A DNA stretch of 64,000 bases from Polyangiales bacterium (GCA_964202905.1 CAXNJO010000002.1:480001-544000), one strand, 5' to 3'. Counted from the first letter of the stretch, positions 20,645 through 31,341 are shown. Translations and numbers: made by a program. Notes: generated from the sequence alone by a model not told the origin.

Positions 20645-21476
20645 CTACGGCGGCAGGATCCGCGAGATGAGGAGCGCGTACACGCCCGCGGCACCGAGCA
20701 CCGCGATCGGCAGGGACCGCCACGCGAGCCACCGCCACGAGGCCGGCGCGACACCGCCGCCCTCGTCCGCGGGTCGGAGTCCGGGGACCTCGCTCAGGAT
20801 GAAGATGTCGTTGGGGTCGCGCGCGGCGTGCACGAGCACGGGATTCGGATCCGCAAGGACCCGATGCCCCTCGGACCGGAGCAGCGTGCGTGTCGTCGCC
20901 ACGTCGCCCTGCGGCGTCGCGTACGTGACGCCGAGGCGCAACGTCGCCCCGTTGTCGTGCTGCAGCACGCAGCGCGCCGCCGCCATCGTCCCTGTCGTGA
21001 GCAGCCGCAGGAGTTTGCGGTTGGCCGTGGAGATCGTCACCAGAAAGAACACACCGACCAGCGCGCCGAGCGCGAGCCACACCGGCGTCTGTGGATGGTG
21101 CGGACCCTCGCCGTCGAAGGCGACCGCCAGGTCCGGACGCGCGAGCGGCACCCGCGCGCTCAGCAGGCCCTCGAACGGCGGGCTGCTCAGGTCCCCCACG
21201 GCGCGGCGCGTCCGCCCCTCGTACGCGAAATCGGCCTCCACGCGAAACCCCTCCCAGCGGGGCACGTTCTTGCCGCGGCTCTCCGAGGTGGCGTGGACAT
21301 TCACGGCATGCGCCGGCACGTCGATCGACTCACGAAACCAGACCACATAGGCGCTGTCGGCGAAGGCGTTCGCCAGCCCCCCGAAGCCACAAGGCGACCC
21401 AGAGCGCAGGCATCCACAGCTCCCGGAACAGGATCAGCGCGCGCGCGCTGAGCGGGACGTAGCGTCGGCCAGCCAT
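20645..21476 (-). pseudogene. Membrane protein gene with an apparent frameshift near 21390
   Basis: GAGGAG RBS + MAGRRYVPLSAR..WVA continues in another frame as CGFGGLANAFADSAYVVWFRE.. with TM helices to TAG at 20645. Confidence 0.55.
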
Positions 21477-21799
21477 GGTTCTCCTCGTTCGCGCGGTGAG
21501 CGCCTCGCGCGCAGACACGAGCCGTATAGGCCCCACGCGGCATGCGGTGCAATGCAGGAGCGCGACTGGGCGCACGTGTCGTGCACCAAGTCGTAGGCCC
21601 GCACCTGGTGCGGTCCGGTCGCCGGCGTTGGACGTGGACGTGACGCGGCCACGCGACGACGACGCCTCTTCCGAGGCACCTGCAGGCGCTCCACGCGCCA
21701 GAGGCGATGCGCCCGCGCCGCGCTCATCCGGTGCCCCTCGCGCGCCAGGAAGAAACGAACGCGCAGTCCGCGCCGCGAACGCGCCCGCCGCCCAACGGC

Positions 21800-22744
21800 T
21801 CAGCGCGTCGTCGCGGCGCCGAACGTCGCTGTTCCCCAGGCCACCGTCGCGGCGACGGCCTCGTCCCACGGCGTCGGCGCGAGACCGAACTCCGCGCGCA
21901 GGCGGGCGTCATCGACGGTGAAGGGCTGCTCCCACTGATAGAGAATCTCCACGAGCTCGCGCACCGTGGGGTTGAAGAGGCCCATGAGCCGCAGGGCGAG
22001 CGCCGGGACACGGGCGACGCCGAGGTCCGCGCCGAGCGCCCGATAGAAGCGCGCGATGACCGCGCGCGTCGTCTCCGCGGGCTGCACGGGCAGCATGTAG
22101 ACGCCCTCGGCGCTCGCCGACGTGCCGAGCGCCACGAGCCCCGCGGCCACGTCCGGCACGTACGAATAGCTGTGGAGCATGTCGGGATCGCCGAACGACT
22201 CGCCGGGCTTTCCGGCGAGCACGCGGCGGAAGAAGCGCTCGCCGAAGATCGCGGACAGCGTCGCGCCCGACCCGAAGAAATCGGCCGCACGACCGATGGC
22301 GACGCGGCGCCCGCCCTTCATCCCCGGATCGCCCATCAGCTCGGCCGCCCGCGCACGCAGCACGCCCTTGCGCGAGCACGGCGCGACGATGGAGCCCGGG
22401 TGCATCCGGGCCGTGTCGCCGTACATGTAGAGGTTGTCGAGGGCGACGAGGTTCGCGCCGCTGCGCTTCGTGCCCTCGACGATCCCCCGCGTGAGCGGGA
22501 GCAGCCGCTTCGGCCACTCGACGTAGAGCGGATTCACGCAGTGGTAGACGCTCACGGCGCCGTCGGTGACGCGGGCCACGGCCTCCGCGTCGCTGACGTC
22601 GGCCGACACGCACTCGACCCCCTCGACGCCGACGGGCTTCGCGGACTGGCGCACGACGCGCTCCCGATGTCCACGTTCGCGCAGCCCCCGGGCGACGAGC
22701 GGCCCCACCTGTCTGGCCCCGAGCACGACGAGCAGTTCACCCAT
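21800..22744 (-). CDS. NAD-dependent epimerase/dehydratase family protein
   Basis: VVLGARQVG, DNLYMYG, RAADFFG and HSYSYVPDVA motifs. Confidence 0.9.
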   Translation of the reverse strand: MGELLVVLGARQVGPLVARGLRERGHRERVVRQSAKPVGVEGVECVSADVSDAEAVARVTDGAVSVYHCVNPLYVEWPKRLLPLTRGIVEGTKRSGANLVALDNLYMYGDTARMHPGSIVAPCSRKGVLRARAAELMGDPGMKGGRRVAIGRAADFFGSGATLSAIFGERFFRRVLAGKPGESFGDPDMLHSYSYVPDVAAGLVALGTSASAEGVYMLPVQPAETTRAVIARFYRALGADLGVARVPALALRLMGLFNPTVRELVEILYQWEQPFTVDDARLRAEFGLAPTPWDEAVAATVAWGTATFGAATTR

Positions 22745-22819
22745 GACGCAGCCTCCTTGACCGGGCTCATGTTGTGGATTGCGGAGACGCCGCTCAGGCT
22801 ACTATTTTGCAGGCAGCCA

Positions 22820-22835
22820 CTTGCGAAATCGCAAT
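22820..22835. promoter_or_regulatory. Putative LysR box between divergent genes
   Basis: TTGCGAAATCGCAA dyad in an AT-rich intergenic stretch. Confidence 0.55.
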
Positions 22836-22901
22836 CCACGCCTCCCGCTGCCCGGGGCGGCACCTCGCGCGCCGACGCCCCCCCACGCCGACGGAGTCCC
22901 G

Positions 22902-23858
22902 ATGTCCGACGCCGCCCTCCCCTCCTGGGATCAGGTCCGACTCTTCCTCGCCCTCATGCGCGCGCGCACGCTCTCGGGCGCCGCGAAGCGCGTGCAGCTC
23001 GACGCGTCGAACGTCAGCCGGCGACTCGCCCGCCTCGAAGAGGAGATGGGCGTCGCGCTCTTCGATCGCACACGCGACGGCCTCGTGCCGACGAGCGCCG
23101 CGGAGAACCTGCTCGCGCACGCCGAGGAGGCCGAGCTCGGCATCGCGCGCTTCGCCGCGGCGAGCGCGCAGGTCGAGACGCGCATCGAGGGCGTGGTGCG
23201 GGTGACGGCCCCGCCCGGCGTCGCCGACACCTTCGTCGCGCCGCTGCTGACGGAGCTCCACGCGCGTCACCCGCGGCTCACCCTCGAGCTCGACGCGAGC
23301 GTGGGTTATTCGGACCTGACCCGGCGAGAGGCGGATCTGGCGCTCCGCACGGCGCGCCCCGAGAGCGGTGATCTGATCGTCGCGCAGGTCGTCGGCACGC
23401 GGGAGCGGCCGATGGCGTCGGCCGACTACGCGCGCGAGGTGGGCCGCCTCCGCGCGTTCGCACACGCACGCTGGGTCGCGTGGGGCGACGAGCTCGGGCA
23501 CCTGGCGGGGCCGCGCTGGCTCCGCAAGCACGCGCCCGACGTCGTCCCCGTGCTGCGCAGCAACCACTTCTCGAGCCTGCTCGCCGCGACGCGCGCGGGC
23601 CTCGGCGTCGCCGTCCTGCCCGAGCCCTACGTGCTGACGGGCCTCGTCCCGATCGCCCACGGCCCGAAGCTCTCGGCGGCGTGGGCGGCGCTGCCTTCGA
23701 CGGAGCTGTGGATGGCCGCGCACCAGGCGCTGCGCCGGACACCGCGGGTCGCGGCCGTGTGGGAGTTCCTGCTCGAGAAGCTCCGGGGCTTCCCCTCGAC
23801 GCGCGAAGGTGAAGGCCGCCGCGCGCGGGGCGCACGGCCTCCCGCGGCACGTCGCTGA
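22902..23858 (+). CDS. LysR family transcriptional regulator
   Basis: WDQVRLFLA..TLSGAAKRVQLDASNVSRRLARLEEEMGVALFDRT HTH; DLTRREADLALR. Confidence 0.93.
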   Translation: MSDAALPSWDQVRLFLALMRARTLSGAAKRVQLDASNVSRRLARLEEEMGVALFDRTRDGLVPTSAAENLLAHAEEAELGIARFAAASAQVETRIEGVVRVTAPPGVADTFVAPLLTELHARHPRLTLELDASVGYSDLTRREADLALRTARPESGDLIVAQVVGTRERPMASADYAREVGRLRAFAHARWVAWGDELGHLAGPRWLRKHAPDVVPVLRSNHFSSLLAATRAGLGVAVLPEPYVLTGLVPIAHGPKLSAAWAALPSTELWMAAHQALRRTPRVAAVWEFLLEKLRGFPSTREGEGRRARGARPPAARR

Positions 23859-23887
23859 GATCGGACCTCCGCGGACGGACGCCCCGC

Positions 23888-25290
23888 TCAGCGGGCGGCC
23901 GTCGGTGGAGGGGGCCATCCCCTCGACGACGACGATGTCGAACGCCGCGGCCTCGGCGCGCAGCGCGATGGCGTCCTGGTAGGCCGCCGACTGGAAGCAC
24001 GCGCGCGCCGCAGCGAGGCTCGGGAATCTCCACGAAGTACGGGCGTTGGCTCACCGTGCCCTCGACGACCTCGGCGACGTCGCCGCGCGCGAGCACGCGT
24101 GCGCCGTACGACGCGAGCGTTGGCCCCGCGAGCGCGGTGTACGCCGTGAACCGCGCGGGGTCGCTGATGCTCGCCAGGACGAGCCAGTAGCCCTTCGCGG
24201 CGGGCGCCGTGTCGGCGTCGAGCGCGGGATAATCGGTGTAGCCCTTCTCGCCCCCACCGTAGAACGTGCTTCGATCTCCGGCGGCGAGGGGCGCGCCGAG
24301 CTGGAGGCGTCGAACGAGGTCGGGGTTCGACACGAAGGGCGCGCCGAACGACACGGCCTGCGCGGCGCCGGCCTCGAGGACCGCCTCGGCCGAGTCGCGG
24401 TCGTAGCCGCCGTTGACGATGAGCGGCCCACGGAACAGCGGGCCGAACGTCACGACGGTGTCGCGCGGCCACGACGGGAAACGCGCGGCGTCCGGCGTCG
24501 CGCGCATCAGGTGCAGGTACGCGAGCGGCAGCGCGTTCAGCCGCTCGATGAGGTACGAGAACGTCGCGAGCGGGTCGGAGTCGACCATCCCGTTGTGCGC
24601 GAGCGTCGGCGACAGACGAATCCCCACGCGCCCGCCACCCCACACCCGCACGAGGCGCTCCAGGATCTCGAGCACGAAGCGCGCGCGGTTCTCGATGCTG
24701 CCGCCGTACGGGTCGGTGCGCTGGTTGGCAGAATCCACGAGGAACTGATGCGGCAGGTAGCCGAACGCGCCGTGCAGCTCGACCCCGTCGAAGCCCGCCG
24801 CCTTCGCGTTGGTCGCGGCGCGCTCGAAGTCGTCGACGGTCGCGCGGACCTCGTCGGTGGTGAGTGCATGCGGCACCTTGTAGTCCTTCGGCCCCGTCGG
24901 CGTGAAGGTCTTCTAACCTGCGATCGCGACCGCCGAAGGCGCCACGGGAAGACGGCCGCCCCGCACGTCCGAGTGGCCGACACGCCCCGTGTGCCAGAGC
25001 TGCATCACGATGACGCCGCCCTCCGCGTGCACCGCGCTCGTGACCTTCTTCCACGCGTCGACCTGCGCGGCGCTCCAGATGCCCGGGGTCCACGGCGAGC
25101 CGATGGCGTCGGCCGACACTTTGGTCGCCTCGGTGATGAGGAGCCCCGCCGTCGCGCGCTGGACGTAGTAGCGGACCGTCAGCGGGCCGACGACGCCGTC
25201 GGCGTCCGCGCGGCTGCGGGTCATGGGGGCCATGACGACGCGATTCCGGGTGTGGAGATGACCGAGTGTCGTGGAGCTCAGGAGTGTCAT
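23888..25290 (-). pseudogene. Alkene reductase (Old Yellow Enzyme/NemA-like) fused to a DUF1330 domain; disrupted
   Basis: NRVVMAPMTRSRA, AGFDGVELHGAFGYL, GYTDYP; in-frame TAG at 24913-24915; no stop before AKGYWLV..YGARVLARG; +1 base near 24027 (VE/FPSLAAARACFQSAAYQ); 3' end approximate. Confidence 0.85.
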
Positions 25291-25334
25291 GACGGCGTCC
25301 TCTTCGAAGGCGAACGACTGGAGCGGGCGAACCT

Positions 25335-25376
25335 GCGTGCGCCAAACCGCGTGCGCCAAACCGCGTGCGCCAAACT
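25335..25376. repeat. 14-bp tandem repeat x3 in a divergent promoter region
   Basis: GCGTGCGCCAAACC twice, then GCGTGCGCCAAACT. Confidence 0.9.
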
Positions 25377-25410
25377 CCGCACGCCGCGCGATCACGACAA
25401 GCGCGCCGAT

Positions 25411-25429
25411 TCGGGACAGACTGTCCCGA
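25411..25429. promoter_or_regulatory. Perfect 9-bp inverted repeat touching the LysR start codon (putative operator)
   Basis: TCGGGACAG-A-CTGTCCCGA. Confidence 0.65.
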
Positions 25430-26427
25430 TGGCGGGTCACTTCGATCTCAACGCGGCCCTGGTGCTCGTGCGCGTCGTGCAGGTGGGCAGCTTCCGCAGC
25501 GCGGCGCGGGTGCTCGGCATGCCGAAGACCACCGTGAGCCGCAAGGTCGCCGAGCTCGAGGAGCAGCTCGGCGTGCAGCTCCTTCAGCGCACCACGCCGT
25601 CGCTCGCGCTCACGGACGCGGGCGCCGTCTTCGTCGAAGAGGCCGAGGGCGCCATCGCCCGCCTCGAGGCGGCCGAGGCCGCCGTGAGCGAGCTGCAACG
25701 CGAGCCGCGCGGCCGGCTCCGCGTGACCACGACGGTCCCGATCGGCGAGATGCTCCTCGCGCCCGTCGTGGCCGAGTTTCTCGCGGCCTATCCTGCGCTC
25801 GAGGTGATGGTGCACCTGACGGACCGCCACGTGGATCTCGTCGCGGAGCGCTTCGACGTCGCGATTCGGACGGGCGCCCTGCCCGACTCGTCGCTGGTCG
25901 CGAGGCTCATCGGCGGCTCCGCCTACCGAGTCGTCGCGAGCCCCGCGTACCTCGCGCGGCACGGCACGCCCCGGCGCCCGTCGGATCTCACGGCGCACCC
26001 GTGCCTCCGTTTCACGAAGTCCGGGACGGCGGTGCGCACGACGTGGGCGTTCGGGAAAGGAAAGCGCGCCACGGAGGTGCCCGTCAGCGGCCGCCTCGTC
26101 AGCGACGATTTCGTGGTCCTGCGCCAGGCGGCCGAGCGCGGCCTCGGCATCGCGCGGCTGCCCAGCGTCGTGGTGCACGAAGCCATTCACGCGGGGAGCC
26201 TCGTCAGCCTGCTCGATGCGTTCGCCCCGCCGCCGACGCAGGTGCACATCCTCCACACGGGCGGGAGGCATCTGCCGCCGCGCACGCGCGCGCTCATCGA
26301 TTCCGGATCGCGCTCGTGCAGGCGTTCGCCGAGTGTCGGCGGCATTCGCGCGCCATGCGCCCAACGTGGTTCCGCGGCGCGTGGTTCGCCGCGCGCGCTT
26401 CGAGTCGATGGCCGACCGCGCCCGTGA
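25429..26427 (+). CDS. LysR family regulator (CrgA/DmlR-like); probable frameshift in the last helix near 26300
   Basis: GSFRSAARVLGMPKTTVSRKVAELEEQLGVQLLQRTT HTH; DLVAERFDVAIR; after PPRTRALID the plausible FRIAL.. sequence is in another frame. Confidence 0.85.
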   Translation: MAGHFDLNAALVLVRVVQVGSFRSAARVLGMPKTTVSRKVAELEEQLGVQLLQRTTPSLALTDAGAVFVEEAEGAIARLEAAEAAVSELQREPRGRLRVTTTVPIGEMLLAPVVAEFLAAYPALEVMVHLTDRHVDLVAERFDVAIRTGALPDSSLVARLIGGSAYRVVASPAYLARHGTPRRPSDLTAHPCLRFTKSGTAVRTTWAFGKGKRATEVPVSGRLVSDDFVVLRQAAERGLGIARLPSVVVHEAIHAGSLVSLLDAFAPPPTQVHILHTGGRHLPPRTRALIDSGSRSCRRSPSVGGIRAPCAQRGSAARGSPRALRVDGRPRP

Positions 26428-26449
26428 CGGCGCGGCCCCGATCACGACG

Positions 26450-29400
26450 TCATCCCTTCGTGGCGGACCGTTCAGGCTCGCGACACCGCCGCGCGTCGAG
26501 TGGATGACCCGCCTGGTCGAAGCGCCTCGCCGCGAGGTCGAAGCGCTCCGCGGCGCCGCGTCGATCACCCGTCGCCGAGGCGATGTGTCCGCGGACTTCG
26601 TCGAGGGCGGCGTCCCACGCGGGCAGGCGCATCACGACGTCGGCGAGCCACTCCGTCTTGCGGCCGTAGTCCTGCGCGAGCTCGATCTCGCCCGCGCGCG
26701 CCGCGGCGATCGCGGCAGGGACCGCGAACGTGATGCGGCATCCGGGGCACGTCTCGAAGGGACCGCGCACGGACTCCTCGGCCTCGTGCACCGCCGCGAG
26801 GGCCGCGTCGCGATCGCGCTCGAGGACGATGCGTGTGCCGTAGATGCGGTCGAGAAGATGAAATCCGATGTCGCTGTGCCGCGCGACGTCGAGCGCGCCC
26901 TGGACGAGGCTCCACGCCTCGCGGAGTCGGCCTCGGTACATCGCGAGCTCCGCCTGCCGCTGGAGCGAGAGCGCCTCGCCCGTGGCGCCCCCGATCGCGC
27001 GGTGCAGGCGCGCGCCGGCGACGAGATCTTCTTCGGCGTCGTCGAGGCGCCCCGACAGCAACTTCGCCTCTCCGCGAAGCGTCACCGCGAACGCGTGCCC
27101 GCGCGCGGCGCCGAGCCGACCCGCCTCCGCCGCGAGCGCATTGGCGAACTCGATCACCTCCGCATACGGCCGTGCCCCATAGAGAAAGCGTTGTGTGATG
27201 CAGAGGTGTCCATCGAAAACCCGCATCGCGAGATGCGAGAGATGATGCGTATCCCAGAGATCCGCCCACACGCTGCCATGCAATTCACCGCGCGCGTGCG
27301 CGGCCGCCGCTTGCGCCCACGACGCGATCACGATGGCGCCCGTATCCCCCGATTGCAGCGCGATCCGTCTGCACTCGGCCGCCTTGGCGGTGCCGAGCGC
27401 GGGATTCGCAAAGCCGAGCGCGGCCGCGCCGCTGTACGTGAGGGCTTCGGCGAGTCGGCCCTCGACCGTCGTCGGAGTGACACCGTGCACCGCGTCGAGC
27501 GCGCCTTTCGGATCACCCATCTTGAGCTGCGCCAGCGCGCGCAGCGCGCGCAGATCGTCCGCAGATCCGGGCTGGGCGGCGCCCACCGCGGCGTCGTACG
27601 CGACGAGCGCCCGCGGATCCCCGAGGGCATCGAGACACGTCGCGCGCAGCCGCAGCCCTTCCGCGTGACTGGGCACCTCGGCCAGAAGAGGCTCCAGATG
27701 CTGGAGCGCGTCCCGGAACGCCGCGACGCCCACCGCCTCGCGCGCCGCGCGCGCCAGCCATGGAACGGCGTCCGACAACCGTCCACCCGAGAGCCAGTGA
27801 TGCGCGACGAGGGCCGCCGGCGCGTTCGACGTCGCGAGCGCCGCGGCCGCCTCGCGGTGCACCACCGCGCGCCGATGCGGTGGGAGTTGCTCGGCGAGGG
27901 CCTCCTGCACGATCGCGTGCCGAAACCGGTACCGCGCATCGACCACCTCCAGCACCCCGCTCGCGAGGGCCCGATCGAGGAGGGCGAACGCGTCCGCCTC
28001 CGAGCGGTGGAGCAGCGCGGCCGCGATGCCGGTGTCGAACGCACGCGGCCCGCACGCGAGTCGACGCAGGCCCGTGAGCGCCTCTTCATCGACGTCGCAG
28101 AGACGCGCCGCGATGGCGTCCGCCGCGCGGGCGGGGAGCGGATCGGTCACACGCTTGCGAGGCGTGCGCGCGAGCTCCAGCGCGAGAAAGGGATTTCCCT
28201 CCGCCCCGCGGACCCACGCCTCCACGAGCGTGGCGTCGAGGGGCCCGTCCACCGTCTGTCGAAGGAGGCCCTCGATCTCCGATGGCGCGAGCGGCCCGAC
28301 GTCGATCGCCTCCACGCGCCCGTGCCGGAGGAGCCGCGCGACGCCACGCTCGAGCGTCGGCGACGTCGCGAGCGCGCGCAGCGCGAGGAGCGTGCGAATC
28401 GGCGCGCCGGTGGCGATCAGCTGCAGAAGCACGTCCGCGCTGCCCTGATCGAGCGCGTCGGCGTCATCGACGGCAAGCACGACCGGCGCGCTCGGGCACA
28501 TCGCGACGAGCAACGCGTGAAGCGCCCCGACGACCTGATGCCGCGTGAGCGGGCCCGGCAGCGCGGCCTGCGGGCGCGCGAGCGGCGTGAGCGTGGCGAG
28601 CACGCGGCGCACATGAACGTCGACCGCGTCGAGGAGCCGCCGATCGGCGCGGAGCAACTGCTCCGCGACGTCGACGACCACGGCATAGGGCTGCGACGGG
28701 TCGGCCGGCACGGCGAAGACGGCGCCCCAACCATCGCGCTTCGCGAGCTCGACCACGCGTCGGGCCAGCGCCGTCTTCCCCATCCCGGCGGCGCCTTGCA
28801 GCACCACGCCCACGGGGCCGCGCTCATCCGCTGGGCTGAACACGTGTTGCACGAGCGCGAGCTCGTTCTCACGGCCCACGAACCCGTGCTCGCGCGGCGC
28901 GAGCCCCGCCACGCACTCGGCGTAGAGGCGCTCCGTCTCCTTGCTCGGCGGCACGCCGAGGCGGCTCTCGAGCGCGCTGCGAAGACGGCCGTACCAGCGA
29001 ATCCCCGCCGTGCGCTGCCCGGACGCGATCGCGGCGCGCATCAGCGCCTGGTGCGCGGCCTCGTCGGTCGGCTCCTCCTCGGCGAGCCGCTCGATGCGGT
29101 CGGCCTTGCGGAGCAGCTGCAGGAATTTCCCGCGAAGCCGCGCGCGGGGCGCATCGATCCACGGCTCGTACAGCACGCCCGGGAGCAAATCACCGGTGTA
29201 GAGCGCCGCCGCCGCGTCGCAGGCCCCGCGATCGCCGCGAGGAAGCGCGGCATCGGCGGCCTGCTCGAACTGCGCGACGTCGGTGACGACGGTGCCCGCC
29301 GGGAGGATCGCGACCCGACCGTCGCGCAGGCTCAACGCGTCGGCATGCCCGAGCGCGCGACGCGCGAAGTGCAGCGCCTTCCGGAGGTTGGCGCTGCCCG

Positions 29401-29611
29401 CGTCCGCGTCGAGCTCCGGCCAGAGCGTCTCGACCACCTGATCCCGCGCCAGCCGCTGCTGCCGCGCGAGCGCGAGAAGCAACACGAGCTCGCGCGCGCG
29501 GCGCGTGGAGAACGCCGCGTCGCCGACCTCCACCCCATCGACGACGAGACGGAAGGACCCGAGCATGTGGAGCCCGATCTGCGTGGGCGGGGTTGTGGCG
29601 GTCGGTGTCAT
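26450..29611 (-). CDS. SARP/BTAD-domain transcriptional regulator with STAND-type AAA ATPase and TPR-like region
   Basis: LGSFRL..RDQVVETLWP..NLRKALHFARRALG wHTH; DEAAHQALMR (BTAD); FVGRENE, GAAGMGKT, LAVDDA, GNPFLALEL, YRFRH. Confidence 0.9.
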   Translation of the reverse strand: MTPTATTPPTQIGLHMLGSFRLVVDGVEVGDAAFSTRRARELVLLLALARQQRLARDQVVETLWPELDADAGSANLRKALHFARRALGHADALSLRDGRVAILPAGTVVTDVAQFEQAADAALPRGDRGACDAAAALYTGDLLPGVLYEPWIDAPRARLRGKFLQLLRKADRIERLAEEEPTDEAAHQALMRAAIASGQRTAGIRWYGRLRSALESRLGVPPSKETERLYAECVAGLAPREHGFVGRENELALVQHVFSPADERGPVGVVLQGAAGMGKTALARRVVELAKRDGWGAVFAVPADPSQPYAVVVDVAEQLLRADRRLLDAVDVHVRRVLATLTPLARPQAALPGPLTRHQVVGALHALLVAMCPSAPVVLAVDDADALDQGSADVLLQLIATGAPIRTLLALRALATSPTLERGVARLLRHGRVEAIDVGPLAPSEIEGLLRQTVDGPLDATLVEAWVRGAEGNPFLALELARTPRKRVTDPLPARAADAIAARLCDVDEEALTGLRRLACGPRAFDTGIAAALLHRSEADAFALLDRALASGVLEVVDARYRFRHAIVQEALAEQLPPHRRAVVHREAAAALATSNAPAALVAHHWLSGGRLSDAVPWLARAAREAVGVAAFRDALQHLEPLLAEVPSHAEGLRLRATCLDALGDPRALVAYDAAVGAAQPGSADDLRALRALAQLKMGDPKGALDAVHGVTPTTVEGRLAEALTYSGAAALGFANPALGTAKAAECRRIALQSGDTGAIVIASWAQAAAAHARGELHGSVWADLWDTHHLSHLAMRVFDGHLCITQRFLYGARPYAEVIEFANALAAEAGRLGAARGHAFAVTLRGEAKLLSGRLDDAEEDLVAGARLHRAIGGATGEALSLQRQAELAMYRGRLREAWSLVQGALDVARHSDIGFHLLDRIYGTRIVLERDRDAALAAVHEAEESVRGPFETCPGCRITFAVPAAIAAARAGEIELAQDYGRKTEWLADVVMRLPAWDAALDEVRGHIASATGDRRGAAERFDLAARRFDQAGHPLDARRCREPERSATKG

Positions 29612-29728
29612 GACGTCTCAGCGCGCACCTTACCCGCGCCCCGGCCGCCGGCGGGAACGATTCGGGAACGGCCCCCGGCTAGTCACCGCGTCCCGAGCAG
29701 TGGCGCTCGGAGGAAGAGACACAACACC

Positions 29729-30112
29729 ATGATGCAGGATCAGGCAGCGGCCCCACGTTCGCTTTACGACCGGCTCGGTCAGCACGCCGGTATCGACGGA
29801 ATTGTCCGCGACGTCATCGCGGCCCACCTCGCCAATCCGCTGATCAAGACGCGGTACGAGGGCGTGAAGGACTTCGACCGCCTCCACCGCGTGTCGGTCG
29901 AGTTCTTCTGCGCGGGCTCGGGCGGCCCCCAGCCCTACACGGGGCGCGACATGATCACGAGCCACAAGGGCATGAACATCAGCGAGCAGGAGTATCTCGC
30001 GGTGGTCGACGACATCACGACGACGCTCGAGAAGCACGACATCGACGCCCAGACGCGCAGCGACGTCGTCGGCATTCTCTATTCGCTGAAGGCGCAGATC
30101 CTCCGGCTCTGA
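29729..30112 (+). CDS. glbN: Group I truncated haemoglobin
   Basis: SLYDRLG, GGPQPYTGRDM..SHKGMNISEQEY. Confidence 0.88.
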   Translation: MMQDQAAAPRSLYDRLGQHAGIDGIVRDVIAAHLANPLIKTRYEGVKDFDRLHRVSVEFFCAGSGGPQPYTGRDMITSHKGMNISEQEYLAVVDDITTTLEKHDIDAQTRSDVVGILYSLKAQILRL

Positions 30113-30211
30113 AGCGCGGGTCCGGGCCCACGAGGGACTCCCTCGTGGGCGCGCCGGTGGGGCTCGCACGGCTGCGCGCCACGCCCTCACCCCACGACCG
30201 ATCCGCCCTTG

Positions 30212-30592
30212 TCATTGCGTCGGCGGTCGCGTTGTCGGCACGCGTCGCCGGACTTGCCAGGCACACGCGAGCGCCGCGACGACCGCGCCGAGAATCCATG
30301 GCGTCGCACCATGCAGCCCGAAGCCCGTCACGGACCGCTGCGCGTTCGGCGCGTCACCCGTGGCGTCCGGCTCGAAAGGCCTGTTGCGGACGCACACGAG
30401 TGCGCCGCCCATCTGCCGACACGTACCGCGTGCGCGCCTGTTCGCGTCGACCGTCCACGCACAAGCGTCGTCGAGGGAGCGCTCGACGCGCGCATCCCAA
30501 GGTGCTTCGTCGACGTGCCCCGGATGCGCCGCCGCGAACGATGGCGACATCCATGCGAGGGCGGCCAGCGCGAGCGGCACCATCGCTCTCAC
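30212..30592 (-). CDS. Small secreted protein with a C-terminal TM anchor
   Basis: GTGA overlap with the upstream gene; signal peptide ..AAAHPGH; C-terminal hydrophobic helix + RRR. Confidence 0.55.
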   Translation of the reverse strand: MRAMVPLALAALAWMSPSFAAAHPGHVDEAPWDARVERSLDDACAWTVDANRRARGTCRQMGGALVCVRNRPFEPDATGDAPNAQRSVTGFGLHGATPWILGAVVAALACAWQVRRRVPTTRPPTQ

Positions 30593-31282
30593 GGGCAATC
30601 CGCGGCGCAATTGGCGGCGGTCTCGGGACCGTCGCAGGCCCCGTCACCGCAGCAACCCCTCGTTTGACCGGGCGCACACGCGGCCGGCATCCCACCGCCG
30701 CCGGGAGGCCCGCCGCCACCTGCCGTGGCGACGATGTCCCCGTGAAAACAGCCCGATGAACATGTTCTCTCCGGCGCCCGCCGAGTGGTAGTGATACCCG
30801 CGGACGTCATCGCGATGTCCCCGGCACGAGTCGAGATCGGACGGTTCCGTGGCATCTCCGTCCAACATCGCGTGAATGGCATATCCATCGATGGCATAGC
30901 CAATCAACGCGGCATGACCGTCGCCGCTCTCCACGGAGCGGGAGCACCCCGTCGCCGCGTGATAGTGATAGCCCGCCACGAGGTTCACATGCCCCCCGCA
31001 GTCGTCGAACGCAGCGATCGTGTGGGCCGCGAGAATCGCCTGCACGGGGGCGGGCGGATCGAACGCGACACCGTTCAACGCGGCGCCGACGGCTGGAACG
31101 CGCCCGATCTCCAGCGGGGTGGCCAGCGCCTGCGGATGCTTCGGAATGAGCAACGTCGTGACGACGCCACCCGCGACGTAGTCGAGCGCGCACTCGACAC
31201 AATAGTTGTTGTACGCGGGATCGACGTCCGGCCGGGCGGCCGCCTGACAGGACGCCATCGTGTCCGTCACACGGACACGACC
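30589..31282 (-). pseudogene. YHYH-domain protein, 5'-truncated at the IS3 and frameshifted near 30752
   Basis: GAALNGV..DDCGGH..GYHYH..IGYAIDGY..LDSCRGH..GYHYH; continues as CFHG..CCGDGACDGPETAANCAADCP* in another frame. Confidence 0.85.
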
Positions 31283-31341
31283 TGAGCTTCCCCCCGGTTT
31301 GCGGACACCCCGGGTAGCGCGAAGATGCGCGAGGAGTGTCC

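Noticed and set aside
8210..21500. Integron cassette array explaining the string of single genes
   Set aside because: Genes lie in mixed orientations, I found no recurring attC-like repeat, and no intI is present.
7172..24915. Two in-frame TAG codons suggesting amber recoding or pyrrolysine
   Set aside because: Both genes also carry frameshifts, TAG terminates other genes here (32520-32522, 35312-35314), and no pyl genes or suppressor tRNA are visible.
26216..30112. 1298-aa plus-strand ORF and many other long Arg/Ala/Pro-rich ORFs in the track
   Set aside because: These are shadow frames of high-GC genes; only the last 127 codons (the globin) are real in this case.
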